Source: Candidatus Omnitrophota bacterium (GTDB lineage: Bacteria > Omnitrophota > Omnitrophia > Omnitrophales > Aquincolibacteriaceae). From it: a DNA stretch of 64,000 nucleotides. Made by a program: the position numbers and the translations under genes. Of this stretch, positions 48,450 through 57,974 are shown piece by piece. Numbering within the stretch: the first letter of the stretch is position 1; every line of letters begins with the position of its first letter. The DNA lies in the NCBI GenBank assembly GCA_022709525.1, contig JAKLIQ010000001.1:146679-210678 (forward strand), read 5' to 3'. Below the pieces are notes generated by a model. That model was not told the origin of the DNA. It was given only the letters and a program-made list of their open reading frames with translations, and ran no database searches.

Positions 48450-49871
48450 ATGAATATGCGAGACGAAGAAGACCGGGAAAGCGGGAAAACTCCGTTCAGG
48501 ATCAGAGCGCCGCATGACTCGCGGGTCAAGATGCCGTCCCCCATCCAGGATGGCGGCCCCGGGCCTTCCTTTTTCCACGGGAAAATGAAATTCATCATTA
48601 TCGCCGTTGTTTTGATCGGCCTTCTTTTTGGCGGAAAATACATTCTCAATCTTTTTAAAGGGTCCAAACCCTCTTTAAGCGAGACGATCAAGCAACAGCA
48701 GGAAGCCGCCAAGGACGCGCCGGTGGCCGTGAAGGGCTTCAAGGTCGGCCGTTTCAATTATGAAGATTCCATGAACGTTCTCGGGACGATCAAAGGGTCG
48801 GTCGAACTCAAACTAAGCTTTGAGATCCCGGGCGTGATCAGTTCCATCAACTACAAGGAAGGGGAACGCTACGAAGAGGGCGCCCTCCTTGTTTCCTTGA
48901 AGCAGGACGATATTCTCTTGCGCCTGAAACGCGCCCAGGCGGCTTTTAATAAAGCGGAGTCCCAGGCAAAAGTGACGGAAGCCGAGGTCGCGGAGAACGA
49001 AAAGCTGCTCAAAATGGGAGCGATCCCGCCTTCGACGCTTGAAAAGAAAAAGCTGGAAATGGATGCCGCCAAATACGAGGCCGAGGCGCAACGCCTTGAA
49101 ATGAAGGCGAACGAATCCATGCTTGAAAAGTCCAATCTTTACGCGCCGTCTTTAGGTATGCTGGGCGATGTCAACGTTGAAGAAGGGGAGAATATCAGCC
49201 AGAGCACGCTGATCGGGACCCACATCAACACCGAGTACGTCTACGCGGAATTCGGGATCGTGGAACGCGACGTCCAGAAGATCACGCTGGGGCAGAAGGC
49301 CAAGGTTTTCGTGGACGCCTATCCGGACAAGACCTTTGAGGGCGTGATCGAGAATATCGCGCCGCAGATCACAGGCACAAGCCGTACTTCGACCGCCAAG
49401 GTTCGTATCGAAAATCCCGAAGGACTGCTCATGCCCGGCATGTTCGCCCGCGTCAGGGTCATGCTTTATAGTAAAAAAGACGCGATCGTGGTGCCGACGG
49501 ACGCGGTCCAGGGCGGTGAAGGCGAAAAATTCGTTTATGTGGTCAAGTTGCCGGAAAGCGAGACACCCAAGGTCGAGCCCCGCATGGAAGGCGCCATGGG
49601 CGGGGGGCTGGGAGCGATGGCCGCGGCTTTGAAAAAGGACCAAGGCAAGGGCGATAAGAAATCCGGCAAACTCGCCGATGAGATCGACACCAAAAAGATC
49701 GAAGAAGGCACAGTCGAAAAACGTCCCGTGACCGTGGGCTATACGCGCACCGATTATTCCCAGATCGACGCGGGCCTCACCGAAGGAGAGATTGTGGTCA
49801 TGACGGGGTTCGAGAGATTGGAGGATGGAAAGAAGATCCGTTTGATCGAAACCCAAGAAGCCGAGCTCTAG
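48450..49871 (+). CDS. RND efflux periplasmic adaptor (membrane fusion protein)
   Basis: TM anchor, coiled-coil hairpin, lipoyl/beta-barrel domains and the HlyD_D23 pattern. The start may be internal (MKFIIIAVV at ~48585). Confidence 0.75.
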   Translation: MNMRDEEDRESGKTPFRIRAPHDSRVKMPSPIQDGGPGPSFFHGKMKFIIIAVVLIGLLFGGKYILNLFKGSKPSLSETIKQQQEAAKDAPVAVKGFKVGRFNYEDSMNVLGTIKGSVELKLSFEIPGVISSINYKEGERYEEGALLVSLKQDDILLRLKRAQAAFNKAESQAKVTEAEVAENEKLLKMGAIPPSTLEKKKLEMDAAKYEAEAQRLEMKANESMLEKSNLYAPSLGMLGDVNVEEGENISQSTLIGTHINTEYVYAEFGIVERDVQKITLGQKAKVFVDAYPDKTFEGVIENIAPQITGTSRTSTAKVRIENPEGLLMPGMFARVRVMLYSKKDAIVVPTDAVQGGEGEKFVYVVKLPESETPKVEPRMEGAMGGGLGAMAAALKKDQGKGDKKSGKLADEIDTKKIEEGTVEKRPVTVGYTRTDYSQIDAGLTEGEIVVMTGFERLEDGKKIRLIETQEAEL

Positions 49872-49874
49872 ACT

Positions 49875-52800
49875 ATGAGTCTTCCCGAATTTTCGATCAA
49901 GAAAAAAGTCACGATCTACATGTTCACGCTCGGGCTGGTCCTCCTGGGCGTTCTTTCTTTTAAGCGCCTCCCGCAGGACCTTTTTCCGCCGATCACATTC
50001 CCGCAGGTCACGATCGTGACCGACTACTCCAATGCCGCCCCCGAAGAGATCGAAACGCTCATTACGCGCGTGATCGAAGAGGCGATCGGTTCCGTGGCGG
50101 GCTTAAAACGCATCGAATCGGTTTCCCGCGAGGGCCGCAGCACCATCATGGCGTCCTTTAACTGGGGCCAGGATATCGATTTCGCCGCTCTCGCCATCCG
50201 CGAAAAAGTGGACCTCATCAAAGAAAGGCTTCCTAAAGAAGCCGATGACCCGGTCGTATTGAAATTCGACCCGCTTTCCCGTCCGATCCTCTTGCTTTCC
50301 GTGACCGCGCCGGAACTTCCGCCGGTCCGCATGAAGCTCCTCACCGAAAAAATGATCAAAGACCGCCTTGAAAAAGTGGAAGGGGTCGCCTCCGTTACTC
50401 TCTCGGGCGGCGTCAACCGCGAGATTTTAGTTGAGATCGACCAGCCGCGTCTTCAGGCCAACCATCTTTCGCTTCTCGAGGTCGTGGATTCGCTCGATGA
50501 AGCCAACATTTCTTATCCCGCGGGCAGCATCAAAAAAGGCCTTTACGAGTATCTGATCCGCACGGTGGGCGATTTCCGCTCGCCGGCCGAAATTGGTTAT
50601 GCGGTGGTAGGGGTCGATACGGTCGAAAAACTCCGGCGTGAAGAAACGAGTTTTGTCGAACGCGATACGAGCGAAGGCCCGCGTGAGACGATCGAGAAAC
50701 TCCGCGGCGAGGTCGAAAAACAGATGCTTGAAAAACGCCTGGTGACTGTCCGGGACATCGGCAAAGTCGTCGACGGCCTCGCGGAGACGACCAGCATTTC
50801 GCGCTATAACGGCGCCTCCAACATCTCGGTGGCCATTCAAAAACAATCGAATGCCAATACCATCCAGGTGGTGGACCTGCTGCGGAAGGAATTAAAGTTC
50901 CTGGAAGAAGATCTCCTGTCGCGCGGCCTTCAGGTCAAGATCATCTACGACCATTCAGTCTTTATCCGCAACACGATCCAGAACCTGGCGCATGAGGCCA
51001 TGCAGGGCGGTGTTCTGGCCCTCATCACGCTTTATATCTACTTGCGCGCTTTCGCGATGTCAGTCCTCGTGATCGTTTCGCTGCCGCTGACGATCCTGGG
51101 CGTTTTTTTCCTGATGGGTCTGGCGCATGTGACCGTCAACATCATGTCCCTGGGCGGCCTTGCGATCGCGATCGGCATGATCACCGATACCAGCATCGTG
51201 GTGTTGGAGAATATTTTCCGCAAACGCCAGGAAGGCGCGGACCCGGAACAAGGCGCCATCGACGGCGCCACGGAAGTCGTTTGGCCGGTCATTTCCTCAA
51301 ACCTGACCACGATCGCCGTGTTCTTTCCCTTGATCGTTTTTGTCCCGGGCGTCGCCGGCCAGATCTTCAAGGACCTCGCTTGGGCGATCATCTTTTCGCA
51401 GATCATTTCAACCTTCATCCCGCTGACGCTCGTGGCCATGCTTTCTACCTATGTGGGCATCAAGCAGCAAGAGTATAAACCTCTGAGTCTTACCGGGGAT
51501 CTTGATAAAAAGATCATGGAGATGCCGACCAAAGAGGCGCAGAACAGCTTTATGCTGGGGATCCTATTCACCGCGTTTTTGGCGCTTGCATCCACTTTCT
51601 TGCTCATTCCAACGATCGACCGTGAAGTTCTCCCTAAGGTCGATCAAGGGCAGTTCTACGTTAAAGTTGATATGCCGCTCGGGACCCGCTTGGGCGTGAC
51701 GGACGATATTTGTAAACGGCTCGAAGAGATGCTGCGTTCCGAAAAAGCCGTCCAGGATATTTCCGTTGCGATCGGAAGTGAAAAGACAAGCCGCGGCGAG
51801 ATCAAGATCGAAACTCTGCGCCCCTCCCAGGCGCTGATCCTTGTCACACTGGATAAGAAGAGAAAACAGCCCTCTTCGAAGATCGTGGCGGGCTTAACGA
51901 AAAAACTTGAAGCGCTGAACCTTGAAAGGGACGAAGCCAAAGTCGAGTTCGTCCTCCAGGAAAGCGAATTTTCGGTCGGAGCGGGAGGCCTCAAGCCGGT
52001 CCTGATCGAAGTCAAAGGGTACGATTTTACGATCATGGAGGACCTTGTGAAGCGTTTGAGAGAACGCTTGGCGCTGATCCCCGGCATCATCAATGTCCAG
52101 GATGATATCGGCGAAAAAACACCCGAGACCAAGCTCGAGATCAATAAAAAACGGGCGGCGCTTTACGGAATTTCCGCTTTGGATATTTCGCTGACGGCCA
52201 AGGCGGCCATTGAAGGCGTGGTCGCGACCCAATACAGGGAGGGCGGCCGCGAGATCGACGTGCGGGTCCGGTTGAGCGAAAAAGACAAGGAGAATATTTC
52301 GAACCTCGGGACGCTTTTGCTTTACTCCAAAGTCCTGGATGTGCATGTGCCTTTAAAAGAGCTTGCGGGCGTGGAGCGCGGCCGGGGCCCCAGCGAGATC
52401 AAGCGCATGGACCAGGAGCGCACCGTGACCATTTCCGCCGAGATCGACAAGACCCGGCAAGATAAGGATGTGCTAAAAGATGTTCAGAAATTCCTCTCGG
52501 GGCTCCGGATCCCCGACGATATCCCGCAGGATTTCCAGGTCCGTCTTTCCGGCAAGGCGAAAGAGATCCGCGAGAATTTTGGCGGTGTCATCTTCGCATT
52601 CGTGCTCGCCATCATGCTTGTTTATATGATCATGGCCGCGCAATTCGAATCTTTCCTCCAGCCCTTGATCATCATGGTGACCGTGCCGCTTTCTTTCGGC
52701 GGCGCGTTGATCGCGCTTAAGATCACCGGCACGACCTTCAACGTGATCTCGCTTCTCGGCCTTGTGCTTCTGGGTGGCGTGGTCGTCGGCAACGGGATCG

Positions 52801-53144
52801 TGCTGATGGAATATATCAACCAGCTCCGTTCGGAGGGGAAGGAAATGGTCGCCGCGGTCTGGGAAGCGGTGCGCACCCGAACGCGCCCCGTATTGATGTC
52901 ATCGACCACCACCATCATGGGTATGTTCCCGATCGCCCTCGGCCTCGGGGAAGGCGCCGGGCTTCTGTCGCCTCTGGCCGTGACGGCGATGGGCGGCCTT
53001 TTTTCCTCCACGGTACTTACCTTGATCGTGCTTCCGTGTTTTTATATCGTCGTCAACCGGTTCTTGGAGAAATATCTCGGTTATGAAGAAGAGACCCAGG
53101 AACAAGAAGAAGAGCAAGAAGACACCGAAACGCCTCCGGCCTGA
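49875..53144 (+). CDS. RND efflux transporter permease (AcrB/HAE1-like)
   Basis: 1089 aa with 12 TM segments and two large periplasmic loops, and AcrB-family similarity throughout. Confidence 0.9.
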   Translation: MSLPEFSIKKKVTIYMFTLGLVLLGVLSFKRLPQDLFPPITFPQVTIVTDYSNAAPEEIETLITRVIEEAIGSVAGLKRIESVSREGRSTIMASFNWGQDIDFAALAIREKVDLIKERLPKEADDPVVLKFDPLSRPILLLSVTAPELPPVRMKLLTEKMIKDRLEKVEGVASVTLSGGVNREILVEIDQPRLQANHLSLLEVVDSLDEANISYPAGSIKKGLYEYLIRTVGDFRSPAEIGYAVVGVDTVEKLRREETSFVERDTSEGPRETIEKLRGEVEKQMLEKRLVTVRDIGKVVDGLAETTSISRYNGASNISVAIQKQSNANTIQVVDLLRKELKFLEEDLLSRGLQVKIIYDHSVFIRNTIQNLAHEAMQGGVLALITLYIYLRAFAMSVLVIVSLPLTILGVFFLMGLAHVTVNIMSLGGLAIAIGMITDTSIVVLENIFRKRQEGADPEQGAIDGATEVVWPVISSNLTTIAVFFPLIVFVPGVAGQIFKDLAWAIIFSQIISTFIPLTLVAMLSTYVGIKQQEYKPLSLTGDLDKKIMEMPTKEAQNSFMLGILFTAFLALASTFLLIPTIDREVLPKVDQGQFYVKVDMPLGTRLGVTDDICKRLEEMLRSEKAVQDISVAIGSEKTSRGEIKIETLRPSQALILVTLDKKRKQPSSKIVAGLTKKLEALNLERDEAKVEFVLQESEFSVGAGGLKPVLIEVKGYDFTIMEDLVKRLRERLALIPGIINVQDDIGEKTPETKLEINKKRAALYGISALDISLTAKAAIEGVVATQYREGGREIDVRVRLSEKDKENISNLGTLLLYSKVLDVHVPLKELAGVERGRGPSEIKRMDQERTVTISAEIDKTRQDKDVLKDVQKFLSGLRIPDDIPQDFQVRLSGKAKEIRENFGGVIFAFVLAIMLVYMIMAAQFESFLQPLIIMVTVPLSFGGALIALKITGTTFNVISLLGLVLLGGVVVGNGIVLMEYINQLRSEGKEMVAAVWEAVRTRTRPVLMSSTTTIMGMFPIALGLGEGAGLLSPLAVTAMGGLFSSTVLTLIVLPCFYIVVNRFLEKYLGYEEETQEQEEEQEDTETPPA

Positions 53145-53146
53145 TC

Positions 53147-56100
53147 ATGGGACTCCCTAGTTTCGCACTCAAACGTCCGGTCATGACCGCCATTCTTTTC
53201 GCCGCGGTCATCGTGATCGGCATTATCTCTCTTATGCGCCTGAAGGTCGAACTTTACCAGGGCCAGAGCCAGGGCATTATTTCCATCGTGGTGCGCGCCC
53301 GCGGCGGCCTTCCTTCCCAGGATGTCGAAAAGATGATCACCAAACCCATCGAAGAAGCGATCGGGACCGTGAGCCGCATGAAGAACCTCTACTCGAGCTC
53401 CCGCGAAGCCGAGTCCCGCGTGACGATGGAATTCGAGCCGGGGACGAACATGAAATTTGCCGCGCTGGAGGTCCGCGAGAAGTTCGCGCGCGTCAAACCG
53501 CTTCTTCCCAAAGAGATCGAAAAACCCGTGATCGCCAATTATGACGACGCGCAGGCCGCCATCATGGTGTTTGCGGTGACCTCGGAGAGCATGTCCCCGG
53601 AGGATATCCGCGAGCTCGTGGATATCAAACTGAAACCGGTCTTAAGCCGCGTGGACGGCGTCGCGAGCGTCGAGGTTTATGGCGGCCGCGAGCGGAAGAT
53701 CCTTGTGGAGCTCGACCGGGACAAGATGGTGTCTTACAACATCGCGATCGAACGCGTGATGGACGTGCTGGGCCAAAGCAACGTGAACCTTCTGGCCGGG
53801 AACGTGGAGACCGGGAAATTCGCGTTCGCGGTCCGCAGCATGGGTTCCTTCCTCACGGTCGACGAGGTAGGGGATATCGGCATGAAAGCCACCCGGCAGG
53901 GTTCCATCATCGCACTTAAAGAGATCGGGACTGTGAAAGATTCCTATCTCGAGGCGACCGACCAGGCGCGGCTGAATCTGGAGCAGAACGTGACGGTCTA
54001 TGTGAAAAAAGCGAGCATGGCCAACACGCTTGAGGTCGCCGATGATCTTAACAAAGTGCTTGATGCCTTCGAAGTCGATCACAAGGGCGAGCTGAAGATC
54101 GTGATCGTCAACGACCGGGCGGATACGATCAGCCGGGCGATCGGGGACGTCAAAGGCGCGCTTTTTGTCGGGTTGATCCTGACAATGGGCGTGATCTATG
54201 CGTTTATCCGGAAAAGAATCCTTTCGGCGATCATTCTCGTGGTCATTCCGTGCTCCCTGGTCGCCACGTTCATCTTTATGGCGGCCTGCAATATCAGCAT
54301 CAATGTCATGACCTTAAGCGGGCTTTCCCTGGCGACCGGCATTCTGGTCGATACGGCCGTCGTGATCATGGAGAATATTTCCTCCAAAAAAGAACACGGC
54401 CTCGGGGACACGCTTGCCATCCGCGAGGGAAGCGAGGAGGTGTGGCTCCCGCTTTTGGCTTCCATGGTCACCACGCTCGTGGTATTCCTGCCGATCGTGC
54501 TCTCGGATAAAACGATCCAGTTGACGTACGGCGGGTTCGCTTTCACGATCGCCGTGTCCCTGATCTGCTCCTTTTTCTCCGCCCTTATGCTGATCCCCAT
54601 GCTGATCCGGCAATTCGCCCGTTCCGAGCTTAATGATAAACGCGAGCATTCCTCGGGAAAATTCATCGAACGGATCAAAAACCGCTATGCCCGCGCGATC
54701 CTGTGGACGCTCCGCCGCCGGTGGCGCGTTCTTTTGATAACGACAGTTCTTTGCTGCTTTTCGATCTGGATGCTCAGCCGCACGCCGATCGACTGGCCGT
54801 CATCGTTTGAGGAGAACGAATTCGCGGTCGTGACCTTCCCCTTGGCCGGCGCGCGCTTGGAGTCCAACGATGAAGCCATGGCTAAGATCGAGGAGATCCT
54901 CTCCAAGATCCCCGACATCACGCTTTTTTCGACGACGGTCTCCAAGGATGACCTCCGGCTTTTTGTGCGCCTGAAACCGTCCCGCCAGCGGCAGTATTCC
55001 AAGGACGAGATCATGAAGATTATCGACGAGCAGGGGAACGCGGCCATCAAAGAGATCCATAGCGACTATAGTCTGATCGTCGACGAGGGCGCCGGTTCTT
55101 CCGAGCAGAAAAAACTTGTCGTGAATATCTACGGGCAGGACGGCGATGAACTTGAAAAACTCGCCAAGGAATTTGCCAACAAGATGTCCAAAGTGGACGG
55201 TTTAAGCAACCTGGTCATGACCGACCTTCGCAAGCGGCCCGAATACTCGCTTGTGGTGGATAAAGGCAAAGCGGCCATGTACGGATTGAGCGTCAAGACG
55301 GTTGCCGACAGCATGCATGCCCAGGTCCGCGGCATGCGTCCCACGAAATTCCACGAACTTTCCAAAGGAGAAGAGATCGAGACCATCACGCGCCTCCAGG
55401 CGATCTACCGCCAGAAACTTGAGGATCTCGGCCAGATCTACGTCCAGACCCAGGAGGCGAAGCAGGTGCCTTTAAGCGAGATCGCGAATTTTTACCCTTC
55501 GACAGGCCCGCAGACGATCGACCGGAAAGACAAACACCGTTATGTTTTCGTTAAAGGAGACACCAAAAAGCCGATCGAAAAGATCGCGGCTGACGTTAAG
55601 GATGCTCTCAAGGACGTAAAACTCCCCGACGATTATTACTGGCGCTTCGGCGGCGGTTTTGAAGAACTGATGAAAAGCAAAACCGAGCTTGGTTTTGCGG
55701 TGATCCTTACGGTCTTTTTAGTCTACATGGTCATGGCATGCCTTTATCAAAGTTATCTTTACCCCTTGTTGATCATGGCGACCGTTCCGATGGCGGCGAC
55801 GGGTATTTGGCTGGCTTTAGGATGGTCCGCCTTTTTTATAAAACCCCTTACATTTCTCGGTGTTCCGGCGAATTGGGTTGCATGGATCCCGGCCCCCAAA
55901 CCGTTGAGCACGCAAGTCTTTATCGGCATTATCTTATTAGCGGGCTATGTCGTGAACGCCGCCATCATTTTAGTCGATCACCTGACCCACCTTGATCCCC
56001 AAAAACCCATGGAGCAACGGCTGGTGGAAGCGGCCCTGGACCGTTTGAGGCCGATCATGATGACGGTCACTTCCACGGTGCTCGGGTTCTTGCCAATGGC

Positions 56101-56317
56101 GCTTAGTTTCGGGCAGGCGAGCGACCTCTGGTCGCCGCTCGCAATTACGGTGATCGGCGGCTTGATCAGTTCGACTTTGTTAACGCTCTTTGTCCTGCCG
56201 TGTCTTATCATGGCGGCCGAGGACGTTAAGGCCTGGATGAAAGGCGATTCCGGGGTTCCAACGCCGCATTTTTTTCAGCGTTTATTCATAAAACCCAAAG
56301 GGCCGCTTTCTATATGA
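53147..56317 (+). CDS. RND efflux transporter permease, second paralog
   Basis: 1056 aa with AcrB-family topology. Tandem with the preceding RND gene. Confidence 0.9.
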   Translation: MGLPSFALKRPVMTAILFAAVIVIGIISLMRLKVELYQGQSQGIISIVVRARGGLPSQDVEKMITKPIEEAIGTVSRMKNLYSSSREAESRVTMEFEPGTNMKFAALEVREKFARVKPLLPKEIEKPVIANYDDAQAAIMVFAVTSESMSPEDIRELVDIKLKPVLSRVDGVASVEVYGGRERKILVELDRDKMVSYNIAIERVMDVLGQSNVNLLAGNVETGKFAFAVRSMGSFLTVDEVGDIGMKATRQGSIIALKEIGTVKDSYLEATDQARLNLEQNVTVYVKKASMANTLEVADDLNKVLDAFEVDHKGELKIVIVNDRADTISRAIGDVKGALFVGLILTMGVIYAFIRKRILSAIILVVIPCSLVATFIFMAACNISINVMTLSGLSLATGILVDTAVVIMENISSKKEHGLGDTLAIREGSEEVWLPLLASMVTTLVVFLPIVLSDKTIQLTYGGFAFTIAVSLICSFFSALMLIPMLIRQFARSELNDKREHSSGKFIERIKNRYARAILWTLRRRWRVLLITTVLCCFSIWMLSRTPIDWPSSFEENEFAVVTFPLAGARLESNDEAMAKIEEILSKIPDITLFSTTVSKDDLRLFVRLKPSRQRQYSKDEIMKIIDEQGNAAIKEIHSDYSLIVDEGAGSSEQKKLVVNIYGQDGDELEKLAKEFANKMSKVDGLSNLVMTDLRKRPEYSLVVDKGKAAMYGLSVKTVADSMHAQVRGMRPTKFHELSKGEEIETITRLQAIYRQKLEDLGQIYVQTQEAKQVPLSEIANFYPSTGPQTIDRKDKHRYVFVKGDTKKPIEKIAADVKDALKDVKLPDDYYWRFGGGFEELMKSKTELGFAVILTVFLVYMVMACLYQSYLYPLLIMATVPMAATGIWLALGWSAFFIKPLTFLGVPANWVAWIPAPKPLSTQVFIGIILLAGYVVNAAIILVDHLTHLDPQKPMEQRLVEAALDRLRPIMMTVTSTVLGFLPMALSFGQASDLWSPLAITVIGGLISSTLLTLFVLPCLIMAAEDVKAWMKGDSGVPTPHFFQRLFIKPKGPLSI

Positions 56318-56377
56318 AACGGCATCGTAACGCCCACGTGAACGGAACAGCGAACTTTCAATCATAAGGAGAAAAAA

Positions 56378-56980
56378 ATGGATATCCACGCCAACAACGT
56401 ACAGGTCAAGGCGCCGGCGGGTCAACGCCCTTATAAGCGCCAGGTAAAGAACATCATCATCCACCGCCCGATGCAGCGGGAATTTTCCTTCATGCTCATC
56501 GCTCTTTTCATGGTGGCTGCAGGAGCCGTGGCCTGGGTCATTCACCAGACGATCCGCGACGCGGCCTTCGGAGGAGCGCTCTATTTCGGGAAAGTGAATC
56601 CCTTTGAGGTCCTTTCCGATGTGAGTTACCGCATCATCATCCGGGTCACGCTGGTCCTGATCCTCACGCTCATTATCATCGGGGCCTACGGCGTGGTTTT
56701 CCTTCACCGGGTCGCCGGTCCTGTCTACCGTTTCCGTCAAACGCTTTTGAAAGTGAACCGCGGGGAGCTGCCCCACGATATCAAGATCCGCGAAGGGGAC
56801 TTCTTTCATGACATGGCGCATGATATCAATATCATTTTAAGGCGTCTGCGCGTTGAACATGAAAAGCTCGCGGAATTACGGTCAAAACTTACCGACCTGC
56901 AGCGCAATGCCGCTTCCGAAGAGGCCCGGCAACGCGCGGAAGAAATGAAAACGGTCCTTGATTCCTTTTCCAAGATCTGA
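56378..56980 (+). CDS. small membrane protein with HAMP-like domain and coiled coil
   Basis: Two TM helices, then a HAMP-like segment (VAGPVYRFRQTLLKVNRGELPHDIKIREGDFFHDMAHDINII), then coiled coil. No output domain. Confidence 0.45.
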   Translation: MDIHANNVQVKAPAGQRPYKRQVKNIIIHRPMQREFSFMLIALFMVAAGAVAWVIHQTIRDAAFGGALYFGKVNPFEVLSDVSYRIIIRVTLVLILTLIIIGAYGVVFLHRVAGPVYRFRQTLLKVNRGELPHDIKIREGDFFHDMAHDINIILRRLRVEHEKLAELRSKLTDLQRNAASEEARQRAEEMKTVLDSFSKI

Positions 56981-57111
56981 GATTTTGTTTACGTAACTCC
57001 TTCTTTCTTATCGGGTTACAAGGTCCGCTTTTTTGTTTTTTTAAAAAAGCCGCGACTTATTTTCATGACTCTTAAAAATTTTTAATAAAGATAAATTTTT
57101 TATAGGAACCC

Positions 57112-57140
57112 TTGTCTTTATCTTTTTAAAAGTGTATAAT
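57112..57140 (+). promoter_or_regulatory. near-consensus sigma70 promoter (TTGTCT-17-TATAAT with TG extension)
   Basis: TTGTCT at 57112-57117, a 17-nt spacer, and gTGtATAAT at 57132-57140, within an AT-rich region ~55 nt upstream of the ATG at 57194. Confidence 0.5.
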
Positions 57141-57193
57141 TCGAAGTGACCCTCGCCAATCAGTATCATTTCACGGAAAGGAGCAACAAAAAA

Positions 57194-57796
57194 ATGAAGA
57201 AGTTCAACATCGGTTTGACGTTAGCGCTCGTTGCGTTGATGGTTGTTGGCTTTGGAGTCGCGGCTTATGCGGCTTCCGCAAACGAGTTAGTGATCGCAGA
57301 TTTTGACACCGGGGATAAGCCGAACAATATCGGCGGCGATTTCGGTGGATGGGACAAGGACCCGAATGATGAATCACAAGGGTGCCAGATGTCCTTCGAT
57401 ACGGATGATAGCCAAGGAGACGCAGCCGGCTATTCGATCCGCCTCGATTATGATGTGGATTCTCCGAACCCCGCGTATAACGGTTTCTGGATGAAGCTGA
57501 ACGGCGAGGATGCAACCCCTTACAACACCCTGAATTTCTACGTCAAGGGTGATGCCAAGGCCGGCTACACCAAGCGCTTCAAGATCGAGCTCAAGGACAT
57601 GACGAACAAGCCTTCCGCTTATATCGTGAGCGGCGTCACGGATCAGTGGCAGAAGATCTCGATCCCGTTCGAGAAGTTCCGTCGTATTGAGAACTGGAAC
57701 GCCTTGAACGAGTTCGTCATCGTTTTCGACGATATCAACTCCAGCCCGAAGACCGGCAGCATTTTGATCGACCAGGTGACGTTCTCCAAGCAATAA
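57194..57796 (+). CDS. secreted protein with carbohydrate-binding-module-like (CenC/CBM4_9-like) beta-sandwich domain
   Basis: Signal peptide (MKKFNIGLTLALVALMVVGFGVAAYAASA), a Gly/Asp-rich region, and a pattern reminiscent of CBM/galactose-binding-like domains. The functional assignment is tentative. Confidence 0.4.
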   Translation: MKKFNIGLTLALVALMVVGFGVAAYAASANELVIADFDTGDKPNNIGGDFGGWDKDPNDESQGCQMSFDTDDSQGDAAGYSIRLDYDVDSPNPAYNGFWMKLNGEDATPYNTLNFYVKGDAKAGYTKRFKIELKDMTNKPSAYIVSGVTDQWQKISIPFEKFRRIENWNALNEFVIVFDDINSSPKTGSILIDQVTFSKQ

Positions 57797-57829
57797 GCAA
57801 CGCGTTACCGGGAAAGTCGTTAGTTCCAA

Positions 57830-57865
57830 CAGCCCCGCTTCAAAAAAGCGGGGCTGTTGTTTTTT
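57830..57865 (+). terminator. intrinsic terminator
   Basis: cagccccgctt-caaaaaa-gcggggctg is a hairpin followed by ttgttttttt. Confidence 0.7.
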
Positions 57866-57974
57866 AGGGCCAGACCGTCCTCCGCAGGGGAGCGCGTCCG
57901 GCCCTTTTTCTTCCCCAGAGTTAAAAGATCCCTCATTCCGGCCGATAATCCTTAGGAAAGGGCGAAGACCGTCT

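Noticed and set aside
49152-49856. 234-aa minus-strand ORF inside the RND adaptor gene
   Set aside because: Antisense to a clear membrane-fusion-protein gene. No motifs. Spurious. The same applies to the other antisense ORFs across the RND genes (50024-52346, 53642-55389, 56282-56821) and the kinases (60283-61772).
56990-57060. Intrinsic terminator after the HAMP-protein gene
   Set aside because: The region is T-rich (cttttttgttttttt), but I could not define a convincing GC-rich stem immediately before it. Left uncalled.
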